Part shown: in pieces, positions 52,969 through 62,930 of the stretch
Position numbering within the stretch: the stretch's first letter is position 1
Layout: every line of letters begins with the position of its first letter
DNA from: Planctomycetia bacterium
GTDB taxonomy: Bacteria > Planctomycetota > Planctomycetia > Pirellulales > Pirellulaceae
Direction of reading: 5' to 3'
Assembly (NCBI GenBank): GCA_031367855.1
Contig: JANLQO010000454.1
Span: 7,362-71,361 of the forward strand
DNA: 64,000 nt
Program-made: the position numbers and the translations under genes
The notes under the pieces: generated by a model
What the model was told of the DNA's origin: nothing
Seen by the model: the letters and a program-made list of their open reading frames with translations, nothing else
Database searches by the model: none

Positions 52969-53769
52969 TTAACCGTGCACGTCGGTAGGGCCCGGAAAGT
53001 CACCTGGCGGCGGTTGCATTCGCGAACGCATTTGGTCCCAAGTTCCTTTGAGGCTGTCGTAGAATCGCGGTACTTGTCCTGACGAAAGGAAGACGCGAGC
53101 GCTCACGGCCGAGTTGGGGAAGAAGTTGGTAATAAAGTCAAAACTGAATTCGTGCGGTCCATGACCGATCATAACGGCATTCGCATAGGCGCCGGAGAGC
53201 AATTCGTCTTTGATCTTCAAGTCGTCGTAAATCTCTTGAGCCGAAGGACGGCGCGTGCTGGTGTCCTGAAACCCAGAACCCAATGGTTTGGCAGTCGCTT
53301 GGGGTTGGTTCGGCTGAGTGGAAGGTTGATTGGGATTGCCAGTTGCGGCTCCACCATCGGGTGCGCTCGCTTCCGTAGGTGGTATGAACTGGCCCGTGGC
53401 AATCGAGCTGCTCTGACCGAGTTGTGGAGTGGCTGCGGGCGCCGCGTTACCGTGGTGAGCCACGGTCGTTTGAACAGGCGGAAGCGTCGGAATGTGAGGT
53501 AGTTCCCCCCAGCGATTCTTGTAGAGCTCCATGTTGCGCTGCAGTGCGTCGACCAATTGCGGCAAAACGCTGTGCGGCATGACGACACGAGCCACAATCT
53601 GATGCGGGCGTCCCAGATTCTGAATAAAGTCGAGGATAACTTCGGTCTGCGCCGTCATGACAATCACGCCGGTACTGAAAGCACCTCGCGCGACATGTTC
53701 GGGCACTCGTGCGCGAATAGGTTGTTCGGATGGGTCTGGACGGTCTTCGTTGGGTGGTGGAAAGGTCAT
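52969..53769 (-). CDS. Protein with two DUF3467-like modules joined by a Pro/Gln/Thr/Ala-rich linker
   Basis: The N-terminal module is RGAFSTGVIVMTAQTEVILDFIQN. The C-terminal module is GAYANAVMIGHGPHEFSFDFITNFFP. Both fit the Y/F-AN....h....EF.LDF pattern I associate with DUF3467. Confidence 0.5.
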   Translation of the reverse strand: MTFPPPNEDRPDPSEQPIRARVPEHVARGAFSTGVIVMTAQTEVILDFIQNLGRPHQIVARVVMPHSVLPQLVDALQRNMELYKNRWGELPHIPTLPPVQTTVAHHGNAAPAATPQLGQSSSIATGQFIPPTEASAPDGGAATGNPNQPSTQPNQPQATAKPLGSGFQDTSTRRPSAQEIYDDLKIKDELLSGAYANAVMIGHGPHEFSFDFITNFFPNSAVSARVFLSSGQVPRFYDSLKGTWDQMRSRMQPPPGDFPGPTDVHG

Positions 53770-53833
53770 GTGTTTGGACTAGATTTCAGTGCAATGATTA
53801 GTAGGGAAAATCTGCTGCGGCTAGGGAATTTGG

Positions 53834-55468
53834 CTATTCCGCAAACGGATCGGGAGCTTGAAGTACTTTCGAGACTCGAATTTCGGCGCGCACGCGTGGT
53901 GGCTCGGCGATTCGAATGAGCATTACATCCCGCGTGCTCAGTACTAGATTCAAACCGAAAACGGCAATTGATGCTAGGGTGAGAATGCCCAAGCTGAGTT
54001 CCACTGGGAGGGTCAGGCCGTCACTCGCTTCGGAGCATGTCCATACGATGTTGAACGCTTGATGCCAGTCGTAGTCGAATTCGCGATAGTCATTGAAGGC
54101 ATATACCAGAACCAGCGGCCCCATGTGCATGAACAGCAGGATAACGGCCATTAACGCCACTGACCCTAACATGCGTGCAGGCATATGCTTGGCCACAGCC
54201 ATCATGATCAGTCGATTTATGCCGGCGTAAATGGTCAAGTAGCAAAGTAGCAGGTAGCCCACATACTGTATACCCGATCGTCCCATAGTCATTTGCATAC
54301 TGACGGAGTAATACACTTCCGTAATGCACATCGTGGCTACCAATGCGGCGAAGAGGCATACGAGGAAGATGTAACCCATGCCAGCCCCAGGATAAAACCA
54401 AGTGAGAAACACGCGCCCCGCAAAAGTGGTAGGAAGGGTTCTTCGTGCTCGAGGCGAAATGATTCCCAGTTCGCCTGTCATCAGGGAACCGATGAACATG
54501 CAGACAATAAAAGCCCCCGTTAGAAAGACAAAGGCAATATCCTCCTCGCGGCTGGCCACGACCGCGAAGGTAGACCAAAACAAAATCAAGCCGACCAGCA
54601 GCAGAACTCGTTTGCGTAGTGGGGTCGAGTGGTTTTCGCTGGGAAAATCAATTGCGGCTGCCGCAGATCTTAGAATCAGATTCAGGGCTACGCATATTAC
54701 CGTCGCAAATCCAAAAACTCCCAAATAGAATTCTTTTGGCGGATTGGAAAATTCAACAAGCACGCCGCCGATGATGGCTGAGATCCACCCAAAAAAACCA
54801 ACTATTAGACCGATGAGCAGCAGCACAGTAGCTGCGGCTTGCAGAATTCTGGCTCTTGATACTGCCGCCAAAAGCAGGGCGAGCGCTGTTTCGCCAACCG
54901 AGAACGTGACTGTTAGTCCCAGTACGAACAGGATCGAGTCCAAACTGACTCCGCGCAGCAAGTAGGTGAGCACAATACACGGAGCAAGTGCCGAGAGGTA
55001 CAGCAAGATCTGCAGCAAAGCCGATGTCATCTTGCCCACAACGATCTGCCAAGCGGAGAGTGCAGAGATGCTGAGCAGCTCGAAAGTACTATCTTCGGTT
55101 TCTGTGGTTAGCGATCGAAACGCGCTAAATGGGATAATGATCATGAGCGGAAACTGCAGAATGCAAAAGAAGCCGGTCAACAGTTGTACGCCACCTGGCG
55201 AGTAATAGATCTTGGGTACCATGAGCGAAACGGCAATCAATGTCCAGCTGACCGCAGCGATTAGAGTCAGTCCGAACGAGATGGAGAATTGCCTGCTCTT
55301 AAGCGATTGACGAACTTCCTTCACGACTATGGGATTGATTCGTTCAGTCCCCCACAGCCATAACCGTTCCCAGCCTTTTTCGGGTATCTGGCAAATGCGG
55401 TGCGGGTTGTCACCGTCAAGTGCATTCGCGAACCTTGGCGGCTCACCGCTCAGCGAGATCTGGCTCAT
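53834..55468 (-). CDS. ABC-2-type polytopic permease (544 aa)
   Basis: The N-terminal NPIVVKEVRQSLKSRQF motif is typical of ABC-2 permeases and is followed by at least 10 hydrophobic helices. Its start overlaps the stop of the upstream ATPase gene by 4 nt. Confidence 0.65.
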   Translation of the reverse strand: MSQISLSGEPPRFANALDGDNPHRICQIPEKGWERLWLWGTERINPIVVKEVRQSLKSRQFSISFGLTLIAAVSWTLIAVSLMVPKIYYSPGGVQLLTGFFCILQFPLMIIIPFSAFRSLTTETEDSTFELLSISALSAWQIVVGKMTSALLQILLYLSALAPCIVLTYLLRGVSLDSILFVLGLTVTFSVGETALALLLAAVSRARILQAAATVLLLIGLIVGFFGWISAIIGGVLVEFSNPPKEFYLGVFGFATVICVALNLILRSAAAAIDFPSENHSTPLRKRVLLLVGLILFWSTFAVVASREEDIAFVFLTGAFIVCMFIGSLMTGELGIISPRARRTLPTTFAGRVFLTWFYPGAGMGYIFLVCLFAALVATMCITEVYYSVSMQMTMGRSGIQYVGYLLLCYLTIYAGINRLIMMAVAKHMPARMLGSVALMAVILLFMHMGPLVLVYAFNDYREFDYDWHQAFNIVWTCSEASDGLTLPVELSLGILTLASIAVFGLNLVLSTRDVMLIRIAEPPRVRAEIRVSKVLQAPDPFAE

Positions 55469-56415
55469 TGAACCGCCCCCGTGGTAATTTGCAAGAAGAC
55501 ATCTTCAAGCGAACGGCTTTCGGTACCATACTCGAGCACGGGAAAGCCTGCCGTGACGATCGAGTTGACCAACAGTGCCTGTTCGACTTCATCGGCGGTC
55601 GCGAACTGAAAACGCACGATCCTATCCGAAGCTTGTATCTTTAAGACATTTGGCTTTGACACCAGCCACTCTCCCAGTCCTTCGCCGCGGTCAATCAACT
55701 GAATCACTACGTCGATGTGCGGTCTCAAGCGGGCTTTGATTTCGGCCACAGTCCCGGTCACTAACATTTGGCCGCGTTCGACGATACCAATCGCGTCGCA
55801 CATTTCACCCAATTCGGTAAGAATATGCGATGAAACGAGCAGGCTCTTGCCTTCGGCGGCTAAGCCTCGAATCATATGGCGCAGTTCAATGCGAGCCCGC
55901 GGATCGAGTCCATTGGCGGGTTCATCCAGAATCAACACCGCAGGATCGTGAATCATCGCGCGGCCCAGACACAACCTTTGGCGCATACCCTTGGAAAGGC
56001 CCCGTATCGATTTCTCGGCAATCTTGTCCAAGCCCGTGTAAGCCAGGGTGTGACGCAGGGCTTTGGTACGCTCGCGACCGATGAGACCGTAAGATCTTGC
56101 AAAGAAATCGAGATACTCGACGCAGTTCATATTGGGATAGGTGCCAAAGTTATCGGGCATGAACCCCAACCGCTTGCGCACGCGATCCGGGTCGTTGATG
56201 ACGGAAAATCCGTCCACGAGCGCATCGCCATAATCGGGCAAATCCAGTGTCGCCAAGATGCGCATACTGGTTGTTTTGCCCGCACCGTTGGGGCCAATGA
56301 ACCCGAAGACCTGTCCTGCTTCGACTTCGAAGGACACATCGTTGACTGCCCGCGTATTGCCAAAGAAGCGATACAAGCGTCGCAGTTGAATCATCGGATG
56401 ACCTGCGGCTACCAT
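55465..56415 (-). CDS. ABC transporter ATP-binding protein
   Basis: Walker A is FIGPNGAGKTTSM, the signature is LSKGMRQRLCLGRAM and Walker B is VLILDEPANGLD. Confidence 0.9.
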   Translation of the reverse strand: MVAAGHPMIQLRRLYRFFGNTRAVNDVSFEVEAGQVFGFIGPNGAGKTTSMRILATLDLPDYGDALVDGFSVINDPDRVRKRLGFMPDNFGTYPNMNCVEYLDFFARSYGLIGRERTKALRHTLAYTGLDKIAEKSIRGLSKGMRQRLCLGRAMIHDPAVLILDEPANGLDPRARIELRHMIRGLAAEGKSLLVSSHILTELGEMCDAIGIVERGQMLVTGTVAEIKARLRPHIDVVIQLIDRGEGLGEWLVSKPNVLKIQASDRIVRFQFATADEVEQALLVNSIVTAGFPVLEYGTESRSLEDVFLQITTGAVQ

Positions 56416-58784
56416 GGATCGACTCCAATCACAAGATTGACGTTATCGGACTGAATGCCTTTCAGCGGAATTTCAATTGCACCCAATTCGGGGACCAAGG
56501 TTGCGAAGCCATGCGGTTCTAACGCTAAATCATCGGACATATAACGCTTAAACGCATCGTTGATGATTTCAGATGCTTGCACGTAGTACGAACGGGCATA
56601 CCGACGGGGGTTGCCAAAGTTCAATAAACTGTCACTCCCGCCATCCAGTTCGGGAGGAATTTTCGGCTTGAAATCGACGCCTATTCTTGAGACCGCCACC
56701 GCCACGGAATCGCGATCTTGCGTTTCCGGTTCGCGCGACTCACTTGGGCCCAAATCTGCTTCGAAGTAATAGTCATCTTTATCGCCTCGCAAAACTACCA
56801 AGGGTAGCCTCATCTTGGTCAAGTTGGTAAGAACCAGCTTGCCGGCTGCGTTGCGTGCGGTTGAAATTGGGATCGTGCGCGGGTCCACCTTGTGACCGAC
56901 AAGCAACTGCTGATGTTGACGAGGCTTGAGCCAGTCACTCCAAGTTTGCTTTTCGCCCACCGAAACGGTTCCCGTGAGATTTCGGCGTGGGTCCGGCGTT
57001 CCGCTGTAGTTGCTAGCGTCATCGGGTGCCACGGGGCGAACGTAGGCGTCGGCGGGGAATTGAAGGCCCTCGCGCGGTGGCAAGCCGCTAAAGTAATTCT
57101 GTCGCGACCAAGCGAACGCTACTTGGGCGGGGTCATCGTAGGCCGTTACACTATGAATGCGAACATGCGTTTCGAAACCCTCGTGCAATACGCCATACAA
57201 GACGATCGCCAACGTTGCTACCAAGGAAACGGCGGGAACAAGAAAGATCATCAAGCTACGCCGTTGCATGCGTCCGGTGAATAGTAACAGGCCAGGACCG
57301 AGCAACGCGCCGAAAAGGGTTACCAACCCACAAAAAACCCACACGGGCGGCTTGCCCACTTCGATAATTAAATTCTGCCAAAACCAGCTTCCATCATGGC
57401 TCTTGGCCGTTAACACACACAAGGCTTCTTCCGCTTTAGTGTCCACGATTGAACTGATTTGATGCGGTGTAAGCTCATGCAATGCCTTACTGCAGATGAC
57501 GACTCGACCTCGGCCATACTCGCGCCCAAGCATCTTGTCGGAACTTAGGGCGCTCAACAAGCGTGAACGACCTGCCTCAAGCTGCTTAAGGGTGACTTGT
57601 TCGAATCCCAGCACCGACATCAAGTCGTTTAGGTTGTCACGATGGCTACCCAAGCCCGTTTCCAGCAAGGTATCAGTTAATAAAGCGGCGTCGTAGGCCG
57701 CACCGGCACCCTCAATCGTTTGCACTCCAGGGCTCGCCGCTGAAGCAGGCACATTGCTTGGACTGGAACTGCTGGCCCCTCCTAAAGTCGGCGGGGAGTC
57801 AATGATCCACCAAGCAGGGGCCGTCTTGCCGATGGACTTCCATGACGCCAGTTCTGCGTTACCACCACTGCTGCTAAGCAAGCGATTCACGCTCGAAATT
57901 GATTGGCTTACATTTACCTCATATACCAGCAGGGTCCCACCAGCGCTGACGTAAGTTCTTAGCGCGGCGGCAACCTGCGGCTGTTTTTCATTGACTTCAG
58001 CCAGAGCACCGACCGACGCGATCCAAACCGGGTAAGGAAAGTAGTGCCTCCAATCGCCACTGGCTTTGTTGACAGGAATTAAAGCATTGGCATTGTAGAC
58101 GGTTCCGGGAGCAGCGCCGCCGCGAGCGATGACGGCGGCTTGTGCAGCCGTTGCACTTGTGTCGATGAAATCTGAAATGGCCTTGAGGTTACGCGCTTCC
58201 GTTTTGGGATCAACATCCGTTGCCAGCAATCCCGCAGCGGATAACAAGGTGCTGTTTTGATTAAAATTGTAGGACCAATGATAGTCCTGTTGGTTGATGT
58301 TGTTGTTATATTTGTGATTGCGTTTGTCTTCAACGTCACGTCCGTCTTCAAAAACGCCGACATCCCATGCGAATTGAGTTTCTACTGCGGGAAAAGGGAT
58401 CTCCACCTGTGTCTTGGTCAGCCCTTCGGCGAGTTCAACGTGGTAACGATAGGCGATAGCTTCAGAACCTTGCCCCCAATTTTTAGTGTACAAAACGACG
58501 GTCAGCACGCGGTCAACCTTGCTTGGGCCAGCGGTATCGGCGATGTTTACAGTTACCACGCCCATGCTCATCGAAGGAGCCATATCGAGCGAGTAATTGA
58601 CACTGAGCGGCGTGCGACCGCGAAAGCCCCGCGTCGCAAAAGCACCGACGGTCGCGTATTGCGCTGCCACGGGCGCACTCTGCAGCAGAATCAGCGCGAT
58701 CATCACAATTAGTTTCGAGCTGAGCGTCTTAACAAGACCCGGCATGAAGTATTCTCGCATGTGCGCAACCTGTGTGTGGTTCAA
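56409..58784 (-). CDS. Large secreted/membrane protein of unknown function (791 aa)
   Basis: It has a signal-like N-terminus (KLIVMIALILLQSAPVAAQ) and two adjacent internal TM helices (VWVFCGLVTLFGALLGPGLLLF, LMIFLVPAVSLVATLAIVLYGVL). No motif is recognisable. Its stop overlaps the ATPase gene start by 7 nt. Confidence 0.6.
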   Translation of the reverse strand: MNHTQVAHMREYFMPGLVKTLSSKLIVMIALILLQSAPVAAQYATVGAFATRGFRGRTPLSVNYSLDMAPSMSMGVVTVNIADTAGPSKVDRVLTVVLYTKNWGQGSEAIAYRYHVELAEGLTKTQVEIPFPAVETQFAWDVGVFEDGRDVEDKRNHKYNNNINQQDYHWSYNFNQNSTLLSAAGLLATDVDPKTEARNLKAISDFIDTSATAAQAAVIARGGAAPGTVYNANALIPVNKASGDWRHYFPYPVWIASVGALAEVNEKQPQVAAALRTYVSAGGTLLVYEVNVSQSISSVNRLLSSSGGNAELASWKSIGKTAPAWWIIDSPPTLGGASSSSPSNVPASAASPGVQTIEGAGAAYDAALLTDTLLETGLGSHRDNLNDLMSVLGFEQVTLKQLEAGRSRLLSALSSDKMLGREYGRGRVVICSKALHELTPHQISSIVDTKAEEALCVLTAKSHDGSWFWQNLIIEVGKPPVWVFCGLVTLFGALLGPGLLLFTGRMQRRSLMIFLVPAVSLVATLAIVLYGVLHEGFETHVRIHSVTAYDDPAQVAFAWSRQNYFSGLPPREGLQFPADAYVRPVAPDDASNYSGTPDPRRNLTGTVSVGEKQTWSDWLKPRQHQQLLVGHKVDPRTIPISTARNAAGKLVLTNLTKMRLPLVVLRGDKDDYYFEADLGPSESREPETQDRDSVAVAVSRIGVDFKPKIPPELDGGSDSLLNFGNPRRYARSYYVQASEIINDAFKRYMSDDLALEPHGFATLVPELGAIEIPLKGIQSDNVNLVIGVDPW

Positions 58785-58794
58785 CCAGAGGCCT

Positions 58795-59115
58795 TCAAAT
58801 ATTCTCGGACGGAGTCGGGGGAATTAGTTGATCCGGCAATCGCCCGTCCGCAAACGGACTGGAAGTCAAGGTAGACTCACCGAGGTTTTTTTCGACAAAA
58901 CCAAACACATAGGAAACGAGAAAGCTCGCGCCCGAGAACATCGCAAAAAGAAATAAAAACACACAGGTGAACACGAGCGCCGCTGCTAATGATTGTCCCT
59001 GGTCAGCGGCACGGATGATACCAAGGGCGATGGCGACGACCGTAATAGCAACAAACAACCAGATCATGCGCACTCTGGGCAAGAACGGTTGTGGCAAAGC
59101 CTCTTCATACGACAT
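58795..59115 (-). CDS. Small membrane protein (106 aa from the ATG at 59115)
   Basis: It has two TM helices (MIWLFVAITVVAIALGII, LAAALVFTCVFLFLFAMF). It ends 10 nt upstream of the 791-aa gene. The longer track ORF (to 59196) would run into the divergent promoter region. Confidence 0.45.
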   Translation of the reverse strand: MSYEEALPQPFLPRVRMIWLFVAITVVAIALGIIRAADQGQSLAAALVFTCVFLFLFAMFSGASFLVSYVFGFVEKNLGESTLTSSPFADGRLPDQLIPPTPSENI

Positions 59116-59235
59116 AGCCAGCCAGCCCTTTTTACGTTGGTAGCAAAAAACGAGGAGATTTGGAGTATTATGACTAGCTCGTGTGTCGCGGCTCAAGTGG
59201 TCGCGATTTCCAGCCCGCCTGTAGGAGTTGATTGT

Positions 59236-60534
59236 ATGCCATCTATTCGCCGCCGATGTGTGAATTCTTGCCCGGCCAGAAAAACTCTCATTTCGATAAG
59301 CCTCTTGGCCATTTCAATGTCAAGCGGTGTTGGGTTGGGGCAGGAGAGCCAATCGGCGGCGGCGGCGCCAGTCGAACGACCCTGTGTCAACGTTTCCGCA
59401 GAAGCGAGGGCGATTCACGGGCGGAACTACGTGTTCGATGGCCACAACGATTTGCCCTGGGTCGTGCGCACCGAGGCTTCGCGCTCGTTTGATGCGCTCG
59501 ATATTTCCAAGCCACAGCCAAAAATTCATACCGATATTCCGCGACTGAAATTGGGCGGCGTCGGCGCTCAGTATTGGTCGGTCTTCGTGCCTGCCGACAC
59601 GGTGAAAACCGGTGCCGCACATCAAACGACGATCGAACAGATTGAAATTGTCAAAGCCATGATCGCGCGCTATCCCGAGACCTTCGAACTGGCATTGAAC
59701 AGCGACGATGTGAATCGGATTCGCGCCTCCGGTAAGATCGCTTCCATGATCGGCATGGAAGGTGGTCACGCGATTGAGAACTCCATTGCCAAGCTGAGGA
59801 GGCTGCATGAAATGGGGGCGCGTTATATGACGCTTACCCACAGCGATACGCTCGATTGGGCGGACGCGTGCAGCGATGAACCCAAGTCACATGGCCTGAG
59901 CGAGTTTGGTCGCGAAGTGGTCCGTGAGATGAATCGCCTCGGCATGCTCGTCGACATTTCGCATGTTTCTCCCGAAACCATGCAAGCTGCCATGGATACG
60001 AGCACCGCCCCAGTGATCTTCTCGCACTCGTCCGCACGTGGCGTAGCAGAACATGTGCGGAATGTTCCCGATGAAATACTGAAGCAACTGCCAGCTGACG
60101 GAGGAGTAGTTATGGTCAACTTTTTTTCCGGTTTCATTGTACCTGAGTCGACGGTGAACACTCGCAACATGTTTGCGCGCAGTCGCGCCCTGCGAGCCAA
60201 GTATGGCGACGATAAGGACGCGATCCGTAAGGAGATGGATGCGTACGAAATTCAGAATCCGATTTTTCCGGGATCAGTGCATCACGTTGCGGATCACATC
60301 GATCACATCGTCAAAGTCGCAGGGATCGATCATGTCGGCATCGGTAGCGATTTCGACGGGATCGGGACCGTGCCTAAGCAGCTCGAAGATGTCTCGAAGT
60401 ACCCCGTGCTAACCCAGGTCTTGCTTGATCGCGGATACCGGGAAGCTGACATCCATAAAATCATGAGTGGCAATATCATGCGCGTCATGAAGCAAGCCGA
60501 AGGCGAAGCCAAGCGGTTGGGGAACGACTTCTAA
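59236..60534 (+). CDS. Membrane dipeptidase (peptidase family M19)
   Basis: Motifs are FDGHNDLPW, GMEGGHAIENS, RYMTLTHSDTLDWADA, VDISHVS, IFSHSSARG and GIGSDFDGI. The ATG at 59236 is preceded by AGGAG and followed by a signal-like segment. Confidence 0.9.
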   Translation: MPSIRRRCVNSCPARKTLISISLLAISMSSGVGLGQESQSAAAAPVERPCVNVSAEARAIHGRNYVFDGHNDLPWVVRTEASRSFDALDISKPQPKIHTDIPRLKLGGVGAQYWSVFVPADTVKTGAAHQTTIEQIEIVKAMIARYPETFELALNSDDVNRIRASGKIASMIGMEGGHAIENSIAKLRRLHEMGARYMTLTHSDTLDWADACSDEPKSHGLSEFGREVVREMNRLGMLVDISHVSPETMQAAMDTSTAPVIFSHSSARGVAEHVRNVPDEILKQLPADGGVVMVNFFSGFIVPESTVNTRNMFARSRALRAKYGDDKDAIRKEMDAYEIQNPIFPGSVHHVADHIDHIVKVAGIDHVGIGSDFDGIGTVPKQLEDVSKYPVLTQVLLDRGYREADIHKIMSGNIMRVMKQAEGEAKRLGNDF

Positions 60535-60770
60535 CCAACGGCCGACAGTTTCAGCTCAAACTGATTTTGCGGGGACTGATTGTGCTGATTGCGTGTCTGA
60601 GAATAATCGACGACTTGGATTGTTTGACTGTCTGCTCGAAATTCTAACAGCCGAAGCCAACCATCGCCGCCGTTTGGACGCATCTGAAAGTTGACCAATA
60701 ACTGGTGCACACTGCGTCCATCTGGAGTGGTCGAACTTAGGCGGCCGTGCCCATCGCGGAGGATCTCTGG
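60531..60770 (-). pseudogene. C-terminal remnant of a secreted metallophosphoesterase-like gene
   Basis: My own translation of a frame not in the ORF track gives PEILRDGHGRLSSTTPDGRSVHQLLVNFQMRPNGGDGWLRLLEFRADSQTIQVVDYSQT...KLSAVG*. It has no start codon and is preceded by an in-frame TAG. The NGG.GWLRLLEF....I.V..YS block resembles, from memory, the C-terminus of calcineurin-like phosphoesterases. Confidence 0.35.
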
Positions 60771-60906
60771 CTACTTTTCGCTGTAGTTCAGTAAACCCGA
60801 ACATGCACGAAGTTCTCGATCCCAATCCATTCAGGCCAATCGCCTCTGAAAATCTTAGCGACTCCTATTCTTGTTGCAGTGAATTCGACGGACGACGATT
60901 TCCCCT

Positions 60907-62505
60907 TTAGTCGGTCGCCGCTTCTGCCTTCAACTTTTGAATACCTTCCACCGCCTCCCGCATACGTCCCAATGTGTCCTGATTACGAGGAGTCCCGTGT
61001 TGAGCATATCTACTGACGAATACGGAGATTCTGTCAATCTCTACCACATCAGCGGCTAGTGGATCTGGACAGAATTTTGCAAGCTTCAGATAGTTGCCAA
61101 TCGATTCAGCCGGCATGTCGGTATCAAACAGACGGCGCCCTAGTCTCGTTGCGAATTCCTCATCGGTTTGCTCTAAGTCCCAGCATCGCTCTCGAAATTT
61201 GTACTGGTGAGAAAAGTAAGGCATCGTGTACGGATGGAAATTCCGTGGTTCATAGACGCCCATCTTCGCCCAGCCATTCCAAGGGTTCCCATAACCCATA
61301 CCGGGATCGTAGCTTGTCGCCATGCCGGCCAAAGTGGAGTCTTGCGGCGAAGGGGGGGCCATCCTGCCGTGGAAATTCGACATTTGACTGGTCGTGTGCC
61401 AACCGAGCACGCTGGGATAGCGCTCAATCGCCTTATCTTGAAGCGGATTCCCCCAGCACCACCACCAAAACGCCCGCTCAGGATCCAACTGGGCCATGAG
61501 TTCGAGATAATCCGTATTGTTAAACGAACCAATAGCCACCGCCACTTCGAACTTTGGGTCCTTCTCCAGCAGGTCGACGATCATCTTCTGAAGTGAATCG
61601 CCCGGCAGCCAATCGTCCCGCTCGGTCCCCTCGCCGGTTGGCTCAAAGTAAAACCCTGCGACGCCTCGGAACGCATGCAGATAGTCGAAGTAATACTGTC
61701 GCGCCTTTTCCCAATCCCGACCGACGACTTCCCAGTGGTGCCAACTCAACCAGCCCCCGCCGATATAGAACTTCATCGCTTCGCTGTTAACTATGTCAAT
61801 AAGCCTTTGCACGTTTTCATCTTTTGCCAACACGGTGCGATCGAAGTGATAGTCCGTCCCATGGGCAGTTGGCGGGTGACCTGCAATAGGAAACCCATCT
61901 AGCCAGAACCAAACGCGATTCAGCGTCAACTCGGAGTTGAATCGCAGAACTCTCTTCCAGGAATCGAGCGAGTCGTACGCCGACCAGATCGGTAGCATAT
62001 AAACGCCGCGATATGCGATCTGCGGCTTCATAGCGATATTCAATGGCCAATCGACGGAGACGTGATTTGAAGCGCCGGCGGTCCGAAAGTACATCAATTC
62101 TTGACATCCGTGCTTCAGCCCTTGCGGCGTATTAGCAGCGACGATCAACACGCGATTGCCGTCGACCTCACGGCTTAGGATTCGAAATCCCTCGTCGCCC
62201 AGCCCATCAACGCCCAAATCAATGCCGCGTGCAACCAACGAATTCAAGACCTCGTTGTTAGTCTGATTGCCAACGACCAAATTGATCGATGTTGGGCTCA
62301 ATCGGTCAGCGGCTGGAATCTTCCAACCAAATGCGTCACTGAAAAAACGATTCAGCGTATTGGGAACAATTTCTTGGGCCTGCCCGGAGAGCTTGGGACC
62401 GATTAACTGAATTTGTGGCAGACCGTTTGACCATATTGTCTCCATCCCGATCACAATGGGACAAAACGACACGAACAGTACGAGTGCCATAGAGATGCTG
62501 TTCAT
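60907..62505 (-). CDS. Secreted glycoside-hydrolase-like protein (N-terminal GH20b/GH67N-like alpha/beta module), function unknown
   Basis: The start is placed at the ATG at 62505 (MNSISMALVLFVSF...), preceded by AGGAG. The N-terminal pattern INLVVGNQTNNEVLNSLVARGIDL...GDEGFRILSREVDGNRVLIVAANTPQGLKHGCQELMY is typical of the small N-terminal domain of several GH families. The catalytic family is not identified. Confidence 0.45.
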   Translation of the reverse strand: MNSISMALVLFVSFCPIVIGMETIWSNGLPQIQLIGPKLSGQAQEIVPNTLNRFFSDAFGWKIPAADRLSPTSINLVVGNQTNNEVLNSLVARGIDLGVDGLGDEGFRILSREVDGNRVLIVAANTPQGLKHGCQELMYFRTAGASNHVSVDWPLNIAMKPQIAYRGVYMLPIWSAYDSLDSWKRVLRFNSELTLNRVWFWLDGFPIAGHPPTAHGTDYHFDRTVLAKDENVQRLIDIVNSEAMKFYIGGGWLSWHHWEVVGRDWEKARQYYFDYLHAFRGVAGFYFEPTGEGTERDDWLPGDSLQKMIVDLLEKDPKFEVAVAIGSFNNTDYLELMAQLDPERAFWWWCWGNPLQDKAIERYPSVLGWHTTSQMSNFHGRMAPPSPQDSTLAGMATSYDPGMGYGNPWNGWAKMGVYEPRNFHPYTMPYFSHQYKFRERCWDLEQTDEEFATRLGRRLFDTDMPAESIGNYLKLAKFCPDPLAADVVEIDRISVFVSRYAQHGTPRNQDTLGRMREAVEGIQKLKAEAATD

Positions 62506-62930
62506 GATGTTCCCTACTCCTAACCGGCTCGTGGGCATTAACGGACACCGAGTAATGATAAACGGCACTGATGTTGCGTGCCACCGACTCTGACAGCGTA
62601 GGGCAGCATGCGGACATTGATTGTGCCGCTGCACCAACTCGCAACGGTCTGGGTGACCGGTGCGCGTTGGAGCCGACGATACTCCGCCTGCTCGACGCCG
62701 AAGTCGATGCAACCTCCTGTATGCAGAGAAAGTGGTACGCCCATCGGTCTTGGGGGCGCGGTGGCTTACGGAAGGATAAATCACAAGCCCGCTATGGCGG
62801 CTTAAGCGGCATTAACATGCGGAATCCATCGCCTGACGACGGATGCGAAGAGAAAGCTCTTGCGTATTTTCCGGATTTCTTTCTGCGACGCGCGCTCTGC
62901 TTGACAGTTTTTCGCGTCCCCCAAAGATAG

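Noticed and set aside
60556-60825. An 89-aa basic ORF in the spacer after the dipeptidase gene.
   Set aside because: The composition is Arg/Ser-rich noise. A different frame of the same strand gives a protein-like sequence, reported as a pseudogene remnant, so this ORF is most likely a shadow of that remnant.
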